A program made the position numbers and the translations under genes. The notes under the pieces were generated by a model. It was not told the DNA's origin, did no database searches, and saw only the letters and a program-made list of their open reading frames with translations. From Candidatus Bathyarchaeota archaeon (GTDB lineage Archaea > Thermoproteota > Bathyarchaeia > Bathyarchaeales > Bathyarchaeaceae): 64,000 nt of DNA. This document shows positions 42,044 to 52,726 of this stretch, piece after piece. The stretch covers positions 9,587 through 73,586 of the forward strand of contig JAUWDY010000003.1 of the NCBI GenBank assembly GCA_030608565.1, read 5' to 3'. Within the stretch, counting starts at the first letter, position 1. Every line of letters begins with the position of its first letter.

Positions 42044-43425
42044 TTCTCCACTCTTCGGATAATAACTTTCTTAGCATAGATTTTCGCGTCTTTGAGGATT
42101 ACCTTGAACCCTCCGGCAACGATGGGTACTCCAGAAATCGGGACCTCTAATGGCGGTGCCGCTACTTCTGCTTCCTCCACTTCGGGCGCAACTTCAACAG
42201 GTATAGCCTTCCATCTTTCAACAACCGGATGCTCCATCTCCTCCAGAAGGGCTTTCAACTCATCAATAGTCTTGACCTCGTTTTCTGTAGCTATTTTGTC
42301 AACCACATCCTTTGGTATAAAGCCCTTGACGCGCTCCTTAACAGTGGCCGGCATCCAAACTATTCGGTTCCAACCGCCGTCAACCTGAAGAAACTTCGGA
42401 GATCTCATATATTCAATGGATAATCCATGGAAGCCGTCTACCTGTCTCCCTCCAGCTGTCGAGTCCGCCATAGTTGAGAAGGGCAACCCATTCACAGTCC
42501 TTTCGCCGAAACCTCTGTGAACGATACCCATACCATCCACTTCAGGGATGTAGAAGGCTATGGCTTCGAAGCAGCCACAGGATGTATGGGGAAAACCAAA
42601 GGCTGTGTAAAGTTGGACTCGTGTAATTTCTCCCATCGTATTTTCTTTTATTGTTTTATTAGCCCCTGACCATTCACCTGTCCGAGCGTCAAGGCACTCG
42701 CCTCTTTCGACCTTAAAAATTGGGCCCTTCGGGTCTACCCGCGCTGCAGCTCTGCCGTCGAACCAGCTGATGGCTCCGCAGTTGGCATACCTTTGTGGTG
42801 TGATCACGCAACAGTGTGTTGGAGCAAAGGATTGGCATAAAGTGCACCCATAGAATTCCTCGACGTCCTCATCCTTTAAACCTCTAGCTTTAGCATCTCT
42901 AGCATCATAGATCTCCATAGCCTCCTTCCTCATTTCCTTCACTTTTTCGGGGTCCGTAACAAAAGTAGTCTGTATCTTCTCGATGAATGGCAGATCGCTT
43001 TTGAACAGCTTATGCAAGACCTTTCCTATCAATTTGAAGCTGTTCAATCCCTTTTCGAAGGATTTTTTACTCAGCCTCAGCCATATGTCGTATCTCTGAT
43101 TCAAGTGCATGAAGCCCTCAATGTAATTGCAGAATTCGTGGACTCTTCTTTCTATAACACCTTCAAGTTCCTCTTCAACTCCCTTTCCTGCAACATCGAT
43201 CCAGACTCCATAGGGGTACCTTCCTCCAGGCTCTAAGTCCTTGAGGTCTGGTCCGATCACCGTAATTTTTTCATCTTCGATTTCATCCATCGACCTGTTT
43301 TTCACAACCTCAAACTTCGATTCTACTTTTGGACCTCCAAGTTCAACGTGCATTTGGTTTCTTCGAATTCTTTCGCCCTCGTAGATTACTCCAACGTCTA
43401 CTGGGATGTCTTCAAACATGGACAC
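42040..43425 (-). CDS. cdhC: CODH/ACS beta subunit (acetyl-CoA synthase, A-cluster)
   Basis: 461 aa. FYGCTLCQSFAPTHCCVITPQR and FPHTSCGCFE are A-cluster ligand regions. Confidence 0.9.
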   Translation of the reverse strand: MSMFEDIPVDVGVIYEGERIRRNQMHVELGGPKVESKFEVVKNRSMDEIEDEKITVIGPDLKDLEPGGRYPYGVWIDVAGKGVEEELEGVIERRVHEFCNYIEGFMHLNQRYDIWLRLSKKSFEKGLNSFKLIGKVLHKLFKSDLPFIEKIQTTFVTDPEKVKEMRKEAMEIYDARDAKARGLKDEDVEEFYGCTLCQSFAPTHCCVITPQRYANCGAISWFDGRAAARVDPKGPIFKVERGECLDARTGEWSGANKTIKENTMGEITRVQLYTAFGFPHTSCGCFEAIAFYIPEVDGMGIVHRGFGERTVNGLPFSTMADSTAGGRQVDGFHGLSIEYMRSPKFLQVDGGWNRIVWMPATVKERVKGFIPKDVVDKIATENEVKTIDELKALLEEMEHPVVERWKAIPVEVAPEVEEAEVAAPPLEVPISGVPIVAGGFKVILKDAKIYAKKVIIRRVEK

Positions 43426-43427
43426 TG

Positions 43428-43982
43428 TTACTTCTCTCCTAACTTACTTAGTATTATTTTAAAACCTTCATTCCAATCCTTAACCGAAAGGTTTGGAAAT
43501 GACCAAGATGCGTGGGGATCATAGTATCTGTCGAGGCTTATGGTCTTAAGACCTTTGGAAAAATGTTTCAGCCCGGCCAATATTACGAATTCCATGTAGT
43601 AGGGGAGTCCCATGAACATCGCGAGGTCATACGGCCCCGTTCCATCGAGCCCTTTCCATTCTGGGTCCTTGAGTCTGTTACCAATGTCCATTGCGGGCAT
43701 CCAACCAGCGGGTTGAAAACCTCTCTTAATAAATTCGGTTGTCATGTGTGCTGTAGCAACCACAGGGATTGTCGCAGTCCTACTCATACGGATTGCGTAA
43801 TCAATCATTTTAACATCATCTGAATAATCCTCAGCGGCTAGGTGCCCAACGATGAGGATGGGACGCTTCGCCCTCTTCACCATTGCGACAACTACCTCTG
43901 GCTTCAAGATGAGGAGGGCCTTCTTGGGACCCGCAATCTCAGCTGTTTGCCACGGTTCTGCCTTCACACCCATGTCAATCAC
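43428..43982 (-). CDS. cdhB: CODH/ACS epsilon subunit
   Basis: 184 aa. It sits between cdhA and cdhC, with a typical archaeal CdhB size and an 8-nt overlap with cdhA. Confidence 0.8.
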   Translation of the reverse strand: MIDMGVKAEPWQTAEIAGPKKALLILKPEVVVAMVKRAKRPILIVGHLAAEDYSDDVKMIDYAIRMSRTATIPVVATAHMTTEFIKRGFQPAGWMPAMDIGNRLKDPEWKGLDGTGPYDLAMFMGLPYYMEFVILAGLKHFSKGLKTISLDRYYDPHASWSFPNLSVKDWNEGFKIILSKLGEK

Positions 43983-46341
43983 CCTTCTTCTTTCTGATGA
44001 GTCTAGGTAGGAGCGTTGGATCCGGGATTCGTCTCTCCTTCCATCCTTTTTCTTCCAGAATCTTGAGGATTTCCTCTTTCATGGTGAGGGGTACGTCGGC
44101 CTTGTTTCGGACAAAGAGGTGTACATCATCGGGCATGACACTGTAGAGGCGCTTGTGCAGGTCAACGTAGTGGGTTAACTTTATGGCGCGACCCTTAGTG
44201 GTGTCGTTGGGTCTCATACAAAGTTTTGCTATCAATACCATAGCCTCCTCTTTGGTCTCAACCGCTGTGAAGAGATGTTCAGGAGCTGGGCCTCCATAAA
44301 CTTTGTCGCCGGTTCTGGCGTCATATACATACCAATCCTCCTTCTTGTCCTTTCTTCCAAGGAGCATGCGCCGATACTTGGATCCATGGGGGCCAACGAT
44401 CACGGGCACTCCAAGCCTCCAGAAGCCAGAGGCTATTGAGGCAGCTTTCTGCGACATGGCGCCCCAAGCGACACCCACCGCCCCCACCCGGTTGAGAACA
44501 TAATCAGCAATCTCCTCATAGTTAGCCCGCAGATTTCTCTTTGCGAAGATGCTTGCGATTTTAATGGCTGCTCCGGCTATATGAGGGTTGGAAACACATG
44601 AACCCACATTTAGGATGCCACCAGCCTCAAAGCCACCCGGATATTTCTCGTAGAGAGTCTTCCCCTCCTCATCCTTCACCATGGCTATAGACATAGCCGC
44701 GCATCCTGAGGTGACAACGATAAACCTACGCTTAGCGAACTCCTCAGCAATCTCCGCAACCTCCTTTCCACCACGGGGATAATTGGCGCATCCTACTAGA
44801 GCCACCACTCCAGGAATCTCACCGAGAACTATAGGTCCGCCAACCTCCCTTATCTCTACGTCTTGGATCGCACCCCGTCCAACCCGTATCTTAAACTTCT
44901 CCGCGATCAAATTCTTTTCTCCAGCTTTTATTGCAAAGCTGTGCAGAGGAAAGTCGTTGGGACAGGCACTATCGCAACGGGCGCAACCGACACAATTCTC
45001 AAGAATTTCAGCAAACGGGTTAAGGTCACCCTTTGCCGCCGCTTTCATGGCATCAGGGATGGGCAGATTGTTTGGGCAGGCTCGTATACATTCGTTGCAT
45101 TGTGTGCATTCTTGGGCAGCCTTAATGATTTCTTTGACTTCTGGGATAACATTAAACTTCTTTCGTTTTGGGGCAACAGCCATCACGGTCTCAACTGCAA
45201 CCTCTCCAACTTTCTCTGGGTCTAAAATGAGCACTCCAGGAACCTTTTTCTCCACCAGATCAGATATTATCTCCTTCGCTGGGCTTTTGGTTCTGTTCTC
45301 AAGTCCCAGACAGTTTTCCGGGCTAGAGGCAATTACTGGTGCCTTGATTTTTTGGGCCTCGATCAATGCGTCTGCCCGGATACACTGTTCGTCCACTACT
45401 ACTAAATCGGGTATTCCACTTCTAATAAAACGTAATTGCCAAGATATGGGCCCCACTATTTTAGCCAGAGAAGAACTGTACCTAGTGATATCAATGGCGG
45501 TGCAACATATGCCCACAACCTCAACTTTGTTGTATATCCCCTTATCTGTTAAGTAGTCGATTATCCCCACTGAGGACGGCACGTTATGACCGATAACCAA
45601 GATCACGGGTTTAGAGACATCTGCCACACCGAAGCCTATTTCAGTTAGAGGCGCTTCTGGATCCGCCTTTGGAAAGCCATAGGCCGAAATTTGGACCATA
45701 TCCGCAACCTCCATTCCAACTTGGTCTATCATCCCTGCATGAAGTACTTTAGACTCGAAATCGATGTTACTTCCCTCCTGACCCGTATGAGTGGCCGCAA
45801 GCAAGTGGGTGACCTCGGTTTCGCAGTAGTCCAATACTTCTTCTAGGTCGCCAAGAGTCTTAGGTCTTATTCCAGTAACCAGTCGAGTTACCGGGGCTTC
45901 AACATCAACGCTTATCCCACCTACGTCGATGGGATACCTTCGCCCAAACTTTTCTATCAAGTGTTCAAGCAGGTGTCTGGCGTGGCCGGTGTGGGTGGCG
46001 GCTCCGATGCAGCAGGCAAGGAGGACTATACGAGACTGCTGAGCTGCCATATTCAACCCACACGCTCCCCGCTTGTCTCCTGTCAAGTCGCATTTTCCGA
46101 AGGTGCAGAGGCAGCAGACATCACAAAATGGAAGGTAAAAAGGCTTGTATCGTTGTAGGAGCTTGAAGTCCCACTCTCTCAAGTCAGTTATAGACGGAAA
46201 CGGGGTTGGACCAATAGGCTCAGCCCATGTCTCTTCAGAAATTCTACCGATAGATACCTCAAGATCCTTTACAACCGCAACGTCCGTCTTCAACTCCTTT
46301 ACTTTCACAACCAAACCTTTCTTGGCCAATTGCATACACAA
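43975..46341 (-). CDS. cdhA: CODH/ACS alpha subunit (Ni-CO dehydrogenase, C-cluster)
   Basis: 788 aa. It has an N-terminal Cys cluster (FCDVCCLCTFGKCDL...GACG), an inserted 2x[4Fe-4S] region (CTQCNECIRACP, CVGCARCDSACP) and GSCVSNPH. Confidence 0.9.
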   Translation of the reverse strand: MCMQLAKKGLVVKVKELKTDVAVVKDLEVSIGRISEETWAEPIGPTPFPSITDLREWDFKLLQRYKPFYLPFCDVCCLCTFGKCDLTGDKRGACGLNMAAQQSRIVLLACCIGAATHTGHARHLLEHLIEKFGRRYPIDVGGISVDVEAPVTRLVTGIRPKTLGDLEEVLDYCETEVTHLLAATHTGQEGSNIDFESKVLHAGMIDQVGMEVADMVQISAYGFPKADPEAPLTEIGFGVADVSKPVILVIGHNVPSSVGIIDYLTDKGIYNKVEVVGICCTAIDITRYSSSLAKIVGPISWQLRFIRSGIPDLVVVDEQCIRADALIEAQKIKAPVIASSPENCLGLENRTKSPAKEIISDLVEKKVPGVLILDPEKVGEVAVETVMAVAPKRKKFNVIPEVKEIIKAAQECTQCNECIRACPNNLPIPDAMKAAAKGDLNPFAEILENCVGCARCDSACPNDFPLHSFAIKAGEKNLIAEKFKIRVGRGAIQDVEIREVGGPIVLGEIPGVVALVGCANYPRGGKEVAEIAEEFAKRRFIVVTSGCAAMSIAMVKDEEGKTLYEKYPGGFEAGGILNVGSCVSNPHIAGAAIKIASIFAKRNLRANYEEIADYVLNRVGAVGVAWGAMSQKAASIASGFWRLGVPVIVGPHGSKYRRMLLGRKDKKEDWYVYDARTGDKVYGGPAPEHLFTAVETKEEAMVLIAKLCMRPNDTTKGRAIKLTHYVDLHKRLYSVMPDDVHLFVRNKADVPLTMKEEILKILEEKGWKERRIPDPTLLPRLIRKKKGD

Positions 46342-46496
46342 CCTGGGAATCTTGAAGTTGTAAGAGTAGGTTCAATGTTATTTTAAGTTTTCTAAAATCT
46401 AAAAAAAGGAACTCGGAACATGAAAAGGAGTCAGTTGAAACGACGGATCATTGTACTAGAATGTTTTTAAAAGAATCCACTATTGACCAAAAGAGA

Positions 46497-47270
46497 CTAT
46501 TGCTGCATAAGTTTCTTACCCAGTTCCGCGATAGACCGAATTGCCTTAGACTGCTCATTTCTAAGCGGAGTTTCCCCCCGAGTTTCTGCCCTCAAAACTT
46601 GCTCGTCGAAGGGTATAAGATGAAACAGAAGCATGTCATTATTTTCAGCAAATTTTCTGATAGAATCGCCTTCAACTTCGTTGGCTATTTTATTTCCAAC
46701 AAGAAAAATCTGTTTGATGCCAGCGTCTTCAGCCAATTCATAAATTCTTTTTGCGATTTCTAGCGATTTTACGACAGAATCTGCTACAACCAACATCGTA
46801 TCTACATGTTTTGCGGTCCCTCTACCTAAATGCTCAATGCCCGCCTCCATGTCTACAACAACAGCTTCGTCACGTTCTACGATTAGATGGCGAAGTAGAG
46901 CACGAATAACAGCGTTTGCAGGACAAGTGCATCCAGAGCCCATCGACTTCACGGTGCCCATTACAATAAGGTTAACTCCATATGGTGTTTCAACTGAAAA
47001 ATCGCGAACAACATCATCAACTGTGAAAGAAAGCTGATAGACGCCAGAAAACTTTGTTCCAGTCTTCAGCTCAATCAGCGGTTTATTTTCGGATATTGGC
47101 ACTATTTCGCGTACTTGTTCTAAGGGAACGCCTAGCGTCAAAGCTAGATTTGGAGAAGGATCTGCGTCGATAGCAATTGTTTTGAATTTTTTTTTGGCGA
47201 AGAAATACGCTAGGGCTCCAGCAACTAAGGTTTTGCCTACTCCACCCTTCCCAGAGACAGCGATCTTCAT
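46497..47270 (-). CDS. cooC: CooC-type CODH Ni-insertion ATPase
   Basis: The start is taken at MKIAVSGKGGVGKT (47270; the ORF is open to 47291). DADPSPNL, GSGCTCPANA (CxC) and DMEAGIEHLGRG are present. Confidence 0.85.
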   Translation of the reverse strand: MKIAVSGKGGVGKTLVAGALAYFFAKKKFKTIAIDADPSPNLALTLGVPLEQVREIVPISENKPLIELKTGTKFSGVYQLSFTVDDVVRDFSVETPYGVNLIVMGTVKSMGSGCTCPANAVIRALLRHLIVERDEAVVVDMEAGIEHLGRGTAKHVDTMLVVADSVVKSLEIAKRIYELAEDAGIKQIFLVGNKIANEVEGDSIRKFAENNDMLLFHLIPFDEQVLRAETRGETPLRNEQSKAIRSIAELGKKLMQQ

Positions 47271-47320
47271 AGGTGTTCCTTCAAGCTTCAATATTCAGTT
47301 TGCTAGGCTATTTATTGTAG

Positions 47321-47503
47321 TTATTTTGTTGAAGCAATAGTTAGCCGTTCGGAACTCACGTCAATCTCGACGATTCTACAGTTTTCGAATGTTTTGGAAG
47401 CACCCAAGACATCTTTTACAAACACTTTGTCTGCTTCAACTTTTGCGTAGATCACGTCCCTGCAAACGATTTCTTTTCCGAGAAAAACGGTAAACTCGCA
47501 CAT
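47321..47503 (-). CDS. cooT: CooT-like small Ni-binding/CODH accessory protein
   Basis: 60 aa starting Met-Cys (MCEFTVFL...), with a beta-rich pattern ..VIYAKVEADKVFVKDVLG..CRIVEIDV. It lies directly upstream of cooC and cdhA-E. Confidence 0.55.
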   Translation of the reverse strand: MCEFTVFLGKEIVCRDVIYAKVEADKVFVKDVLGASKTFENCRIVEIDVSSERLTIASTK

Positions 47504-47735
47504 GTTGGATCAGTTCAAGCTAGGAGGAAGATTTGATATAAAGCTTATGGCAACGCTGTCAAATTGTTGCGGCCTGCTAGATCTAGGGGTAGAAGCTCGA
47601 AAACTGAACTGAATTGCTCAAATAGTGAAGCAAAGTTACCACTTTCGGGAGCTTGAAGTCGTGTGTATGCGCTCCACAAAAAGAAAAAAGATTTATATCT
47701 GAAAATTCCTTCGTAGCAAGTTCTCGATTAGATGG

Positions 47736-49703
47736 GTGTGGAGATTGTCAGAAAGTACGTCTATAGACGTTTTATTGAAGGAAAGAAGGGTTTTTGATCC
47801 ATCCGAGGAATTTGTTGAACAGACAAATGTCAAGAGATGGATGAACAAGCGAGGAATCAAGAGTTACGATGAGTTGCTGGAAAAAGCAAAGGATCTAAAG
47901 TGGTTTTGGGGTGAAGTATCAAAAGACGTAGTGGAATGGTACAAACCATATCAAAAAGTCTTTGAATGGAATGAACCATACGCGAAATGGTTCATAGGAG
48001 CAAAATATAACATTGTACATGATGCGTTGGATAAACATGTAAAAACCTACAGAAAAAACAAGGTCGCCTACATTTTTGAAGGAGAACCAGGTGACGTTAG
48101 AAAACTAACTTACCGCGATCTCTACGTTGAAGTCAACAAGCTTGCCAACGGTTTGAAAAGCATTGGGATCAAAAAAGGTGACCGTGTTGGAATCTATCTA
48201 CCTATGATTCCTGAACTGCCAATTTCGATGTTGGCATGTGCAAAGATTGGAGCAATTCACACTGTTGTTTTTTCAGGTTTCAGTGTAGGAGGTCTGCAGA
48301 AGAGAATATCGGACTCCGAAGCAAAAGCGTTGATTACTTGTGATGGTTTTTACAGACGCGGAAAGATTGTTCCATTGAAGAGCCAAGTAGATGAATGCCT
48401 TGGTGCATGCCATTCTGTTGAGCACGTGATCATCTACAGACGTTCTATGGAGGAAATCCAGTGGAAAGAAGAAAGGGACCATTGGTGGCATGCTTTGACT
48501 GAAGGGCAGCCAACCGAATGTCCAACTGAAAAGTTGGATGCTAACGATACATTGTATATTTTATACACTTCCGGTACAACGGGAGAACCGAAAGGAGTAA
48601 TAAGTGCTCACGGAGGGTACGCTGTTGGCACAGCGCTTACACTCAAATGGGTTTTTGACATGAAGGATGAAGATATTTGGTGGTGCGCCGCAGACATAGG
48701 ATGGGTCACTGGTCACAGTTACATCGTCTATGCTCCGTTGATTTTGGGAGCTACTTCAGTGATATACGAAGGTGCACCAGATTATCCGAATCCTAATCGA
48801 TGGTGGAAGATCGTCGAGAAATATGGCGTAAACATTCTTTACACATCTCCGACAGCGATTCGAATGCACATGAGATATGGAGAAAAATGGGCAAACAAAC
48901 ATGATTTGAGTTCTTTGAGATTGCTAGGGAGTGTTGGAGAAACGATCAACCCTGAAGCTTGGATGTGGTATTACAAGCATATAGGCAAAGAACGTTGCCA
49001 AATAATGGATACTTGGTGGCAAACGGAAACGGGTTCCTTCGTCATATCGCCGTTGCCGATTACTCCACTCAAGCCAGGGTCACCCACAAGGCCTTTGCCA
49101 GGTTTTACAGCTGAGGTATATGATGAAGGGGGCAAGCCAATTAAAGAGGGCGGAGGCGACTTGTACTTACTCCCATCATGGCCAGCGATGCTAGGAGGTC
49201 TCTACAAAGCTCCAGAAAGGTACGTAAAGACGTACTGGAGCAAGCTGCCTCACATGTACCTTACTGGTGACAAAGCAAGAAGGGATGAAGACGGCTACTT
49301 CTGGATTCAAGGAAGAGCAGACGACATTCTCAAAGTCGCTGGACACAGAATAGGAAACTATGAAATCGAATCAGCTTTGGTCAGTCACAAAAAAGTAGCG
49401 GAAGCAGTGGTAATTGGAAAACCCCATGAAATAAAGGGTGAATCAATAGTTGCTTTTGTCGTATTGAAAGAAGGAGAAAAACCTGATGATACGTTAAGGA
49501 AAGAGTTGAGAGAACATGTGGGTCGTGAAATGGGAAAATTGGCAAGACCCGACGAAGTGTGGTTCGTCAAAGATGTACCAAAGACCAGAAGCGGAAAAAT
49601 AATGAGGAGGGTCGTAAAAGCCAGAGTGCTGGGAGCACCTCTCGGGGATATTTCCACGCTTAGAAACCCAGAGGCAGTAGACGAAATAGCCTTTGCCACC
49701 TAG
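47736..49703 (+). CDS. acs: AMP-forming acetyl-CoA synthetase
   Basis: 655 aa with [19 protein letters not shown] and the C-terminal [11 protein letters not shown] motifs. Confidence 0.9.
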   Translation: MWRLSESTSIDVLLKERRVFDPSEEFVEQTNVKRWMNKRGIKSYDELLEKAKDLKWFWGEVSKDVVEWYKPYQKVFEWNEPYAKWFIGAKYNIVHDALDKHVKTYRKNKVAYIFEGEPGDVRKLTYRDLYVEVNKLANGLKSIGIKKGDRVGIYLPMIPELPISMLACAKIGAIHTVVFSGFSVGGLQKRISDSEAKALITCDGFYRRGKIVPLKSQVDECLGACHSVEHVIIYRRSMEEIQWKEERDHWWHALTEGQPTECPTEKLDANDTLYILYTSGTTGEPKGVISAHGGYAVGTALTLKWVFDMKDEDIWWCAADIGWVTGHSYIVYAPLILGATSVIYEGAPDYPNPNRWWKIVEKYGVNILYTSPTAIRMHMRYGEKWANKHDLSSLRLLGSVGETINPEAWMWYYKHIGKERCQIMDTWWQTETGSFVISPLPITPLKPGSPTRPLPGFTAEVYDEGGKPIKEGGGDLYLLPSWPAMLGGLYKAPERYVKTYWSKLPHMYLTGDKARRDEDGYFWIQGRADDILKVAGHRIGNYEIESALVSHKKVAEAVVIGKPHEIKGESIVAFVVLKEGEKPDDTLRKELREHVGREMGKLARPDEVWFVKDVPKTRSGKIMRRVVKARVLGAPLGDISTLRNPEAVDEIAFAT

Positions 49704-49855
49704 CGTAAAATCGATATGGAACCGTTCGACTTGAGATTGTTCTTCGCCTAGAGTGTTCTAATAGCTCTCTAATCGAAAATCAGAAGCAGGCCTATAGGTA
49801 AAGCATAAAAGACTAAAGTCAAAAGAAGTATTTTCTATAGCAGTCAGGTGATGGC

Positions 49856-51088
49856 ATGACACGCATCTTAACCATGGACGACCTAGATTTCAAAGACAAG
49901 GTAGCCTTAGTTAGAGTGGATTTTAACTCTCCGATAGATACTGACAAAAAGAATATTCTAGAAGATACAAGAATCCGAGTTCACGGCGAGACTACAATAA
50001 AAGAACTTTCTCAAAAAGGTGCTAAAGTTGTAATACTTGCTCATCAAGGGAGACCGGGCGAACCTGACTTTATTCCTCTCAAGCAGCATGCAAAAGCCCT
50101 TGGCAGAATCCTTGGCAAATCGGTAAAATACGTAAACGATCTGTTTGGAGAAAAAGCGCAAGATGCTATTAAAGCTTTGAAAAGCGGGGGAATTCTCGTT
50201 CTGGAAAATGTTCGAACATTCCCTAACGAACGGAAGAAAGGTTCTCCTGAAGAACATGCAAAATCAGAGTTTGTGAAGAAACTTGCGCCATTTGTAGACG
50301 TATTTGTCAGCGACGCCTTTGCCGCTGCCCACAGAGCACACGTGTCCATAGTAGGATTTACGGCAGTGCTTCCCAGCGTCGCTGGTCGCATCATGGAGAG
50401 AGAACTTAAGGCATTGGGCAAAGCGGTTGAGAAACCTGAAAAGCCTTGTATCTACATTCTTGGAGGAGCTAAAGCTGATGATGCCTTGAAAATATCTCAG
50501 TATGTCTTAAACAACGACATTGCAGATCACGTATTAACAGGAGGCGTTGTAGGTCACTTATTCTTAGCGGCAAAAGGCGTGGATTTGGGTAAACCAAACG
50601 TGGAGTTCTTAGAAAAGAATGAGCTTACGATTTTCGTATCCGGCATAAAGGATTTAATGGAAAAATACCCGGAGAGAATAAAGGTTCCTGTTGACCTTGC
50701 CGTAGAATTCGACAAGAAGCGAAAGAAAATCCCAGTTGAAGAACTCCCAACGAACCATCCTATATTTGACATAGGAGCAGAAACCGTAAAGAAATACATT
50801 AGAATCGTAGACGATGCAAAATCGATAGTTATCAGTGGACCCATGGGCGTTTTTGAGAACCCAGAATTTATGGCCGGTACTAAGGGAGTTCTAGAAGCAG
50901 TGGCCGCCTCAAAAGCCTTTTCGCTGGTTGGTGGAGGACACACCGTTGCCGCTGTAGAACAACTCGGGTTAAGAGAGAAAATGGGCTACGTGAGCACTGC
51001 AGGAGGTGCTCTAATAGAATTCCTTATGGGCGAAGAATTACCTGGAGTTGCAGCACTCAAAACAGCAGCCATGCACATGAAATGTTAG
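49856..51088 (+). CDS. pgk: Phosphoglycerate kinase
   Basis: 410 aa. VRVDFNSP, ILAHQGRPG and STAGGALIEFLMG are present. GGTGAT RBS. Confidence 0.9.
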   Translation: MTRILTMDDLDFKDKVALVRVDFNSPIDTDKKNILEDTRIRVHGETTIKELSQKGAKVVILAHQGRPGEPDFIPLKQHAKALGRILGKSVKYVNDLFGEKAQDAIKALKSGGILVLENVRTFPNERKKGSPEEHAKSEFVKKLAPFVDVFVSDAFAAAHRAHVSIVGFTAVLPSVAGRIMERELKALGKAVEKPEKPCIYILGGAKADDALKISQYVLNNDIADHVLTGGVVGHLFLAAKGVDLGKPNVEFLEKNELTIFVSGIKDLMEKYPERIKVPVDLAVEFDKKRKKIPVEELPTNHPIFDIGAETVKKYIRIVDDAKSIVISGPMGVFENPEFMAGTKGVLEAVAASKAFSLVGGGHTVAAVEQLGLREKMGYVSTAGGALIEFLMGEELPGVAALKTAAMHMKC

Positions 51089-51228
51089 AGCTGAAAGAGT
51101 TTCTTCGTGAAAAAAATGAGATAACATCTCTCTATTCGAGTCAAGGCGTGCCCCTGCATTGTACACTTAGTTAGGCATTCTCTAGGCTCATAATTGAAAA
51201 TTAACTCCATGTTACTTCTTGCTCAAGC

Positions 51229-52509
51229 CTAAGGATAGAATCTTCGGGTGGTACGTGGGAAGGGAATAGTGTCTATTATGTTTTCTAGGTCAAGTATCCA
51301 CGCGAGCAGTCGTTCAACGCCTAGTCCAAAACCGGTATGCGGAACCGTTCCATACTTTCTCAGGTCGATATACCACTCGTAGTCTTCTTGTCTCAAGCCA
51401 AACTCCTCAAGCCGTTTGAGCAATTCTTTTTTGTCATCCTCTCGGGCTCCGCCAGTGGAAAGTTCACCTATATTTGGGACGATCAAATCTACGGACATGA
51501 CCATTTCCGGATTTTCCCTATACGTCTTACAATAAAATGCCTTTATCTTCTTTGGATAAGCATACACAAAGAGAGGTCCAAGCTCTTCTGCCAGAGCCTT
51601 CTCTTCGTTAAACCCGAAGTCCTCTCCCCACTTGATCTTGAAGTTTTTTTTGCGAAGCTTTTCTACAGCTTCATCATATGTAATCCTGTTGAACGGCGCC
51701 TTTACCTTCGCCAATTTTCCCGCATCCACTTCTAGGGCCTTAAGCTCTTTTCTACACTGTTTTGCAACATTCTGGCACACATGACTCACGAGATCCTCCT
51801 CTAGGCACATCAAATCGTCCATCGTTGAGAAAGCCTCTTCCGCTTCCACGTGCCAATACTCTGCGAGATGCCTTATCGTTCGACTCTTCTCCGCCCTGAA
51901 CGATGGTGCAACACAGTAGACTTTCTCCAACGACTGGATCAGCGCCTCAAGATGCAGTTGCGCACTCTGGGTGAGGTATAGGTCTTTGTCAAAATACTTC
52001 AACCCAAAAAGTGTGGCGCCGCCCTCGCATGCACTTGATATGAACATTGGTGGCGAAACTTCGATGAAACTTTTTTTTCTGAAGAACTCATGTACAAACC
52101 TCAGCGTCTCGCTCCTCACCTTCATGATAGTGTTCATCCTTCGACTCCGCAGCCATAAATGCCGAACGTTGCGCCGAAATTCTTCGCTTTGATCTTTCGT
52201 TATCGGGAATGTTTCAGCCAACCCAACTATCTTCAATTGATCTACAGGAACCTCGAAACCTCCAGGGGCCCGCTCATCCTTTTTCACAGTTCCACTCAAC
52301 GTGACAGAAGATTCGATCGTAACCCTTTTCGCGTCAGCCCATGCTGAACTGTCTTTCCTAACGGTGCATTGAACGATACCTGTGGCGTCGCGTATGATGA
52401 AGAAAACAATGTCTTTGCTTTCGCGTTTTCGATAAACCCATCCCCTAACGCTGATGTGTTTGCCTTCGCAACGGCCATCCAAGATATCTTCAATACGCGT
52501 AAAAGACAT
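51229..52509 (-). CDS. asnS: Class IIb aminoacyl-tRNA synthetase, most likely asparaginyl-tRNA synthetase
   Basis: About 426 aa from the ATG at 52509. VRGWVYRKRESKDIVFFIIRDATG is an OB domain. FRAEKSRTIRHLAEYWHVEAEEAF and GFGLGVERLL look more like AsnRS than AspRS. Confidence 0.7.
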   Translation of the reverse strand: MSFTRIEDILDGRCEGKHISVRGWVYRKRESKDIVFFIIRDATGIVQCTVRKDSSAWADAKRVTIESSVTLSGTVKKDERAPGGFEVPVDQLKIVGLAETFPITKDQSEEFRRNVRHLWLRSRRMNTIMKVRSETLRFVHEFFRKKSFIEVSPPMFISSACEGGATLFGLKYFDKDLYLTQSAQLHLEALIQSLEKVYCVAPSFRAEKSRTIRHLAEYWHVEAEEAFSTMDDLMCLEEDLVSHVCQNVAKQCRKELKALEVDAGKLAKVKAPFNRITYDEAVEKLRKKNFKIKWGEDFGFNEEKALAEELGPLFVYAYPKKIKAFYCKTYRENPEMVMSVDLIVPNIGELSTGGAREDDKKELLKRLEEFGLRQEDYEWYIDLRKYGTVPHTGFGLGVERLLAWILDLENIIDTIPFPRTTRRFYP

Positions 52510-52560
52510 CACGCACCATCTTTCACTCTTATTTTCCACTATCCCAACCTAAATATTTAC

Positions 52561-52701
52561 TTATGATTTTCCGCCTTGAAACTTGCATCCGCGCAAAACA
52601 TATGGTGATCCGCGTCTTGTTTCAAAATATTTCCACTCGTAATCAGCGGTTTTGGCAAACCAGTCTTTGACCAGCTTTTCCACTTTCTCTTTTCGCCCCA
52701 T
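52561..52701 (-). CDS. Small ORF of unknown function (46 aa)
   Basis: MGRKEKVEKLVKDWFAKTADYEWKYFETRRGSPYVLRGCKFQGGKS fills the gap between mpg and asnS on the same strand. No family recognised. Confidence 0.25.
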   Translation of the reverse strand: MGRKEKVEKLVKDWFAKTADYEWKYFETRRGSPYVLRGCKFQGGKS

Positions 52702-52726
52702 TTATAAACGCCTCTGCAAGGATTTT

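Noticed and set aside
44783-45556. 257-aa plus-strand ORF (and others at 44303, 44863 and 45961) inside cdhA
   Set aside because: It is antisense to a confidently identified CODH alpha subunit in a GC-rich stretch. The Ser/Thr/Pro/Arg-rich translation has no motifs. The same reasoning applies to 40797-42062 (antisense to cdhD), 42092-42423 and 43012-43236 (cdhC), 39383-40858 (cdhE) and 63065-63833 (ftsZ).
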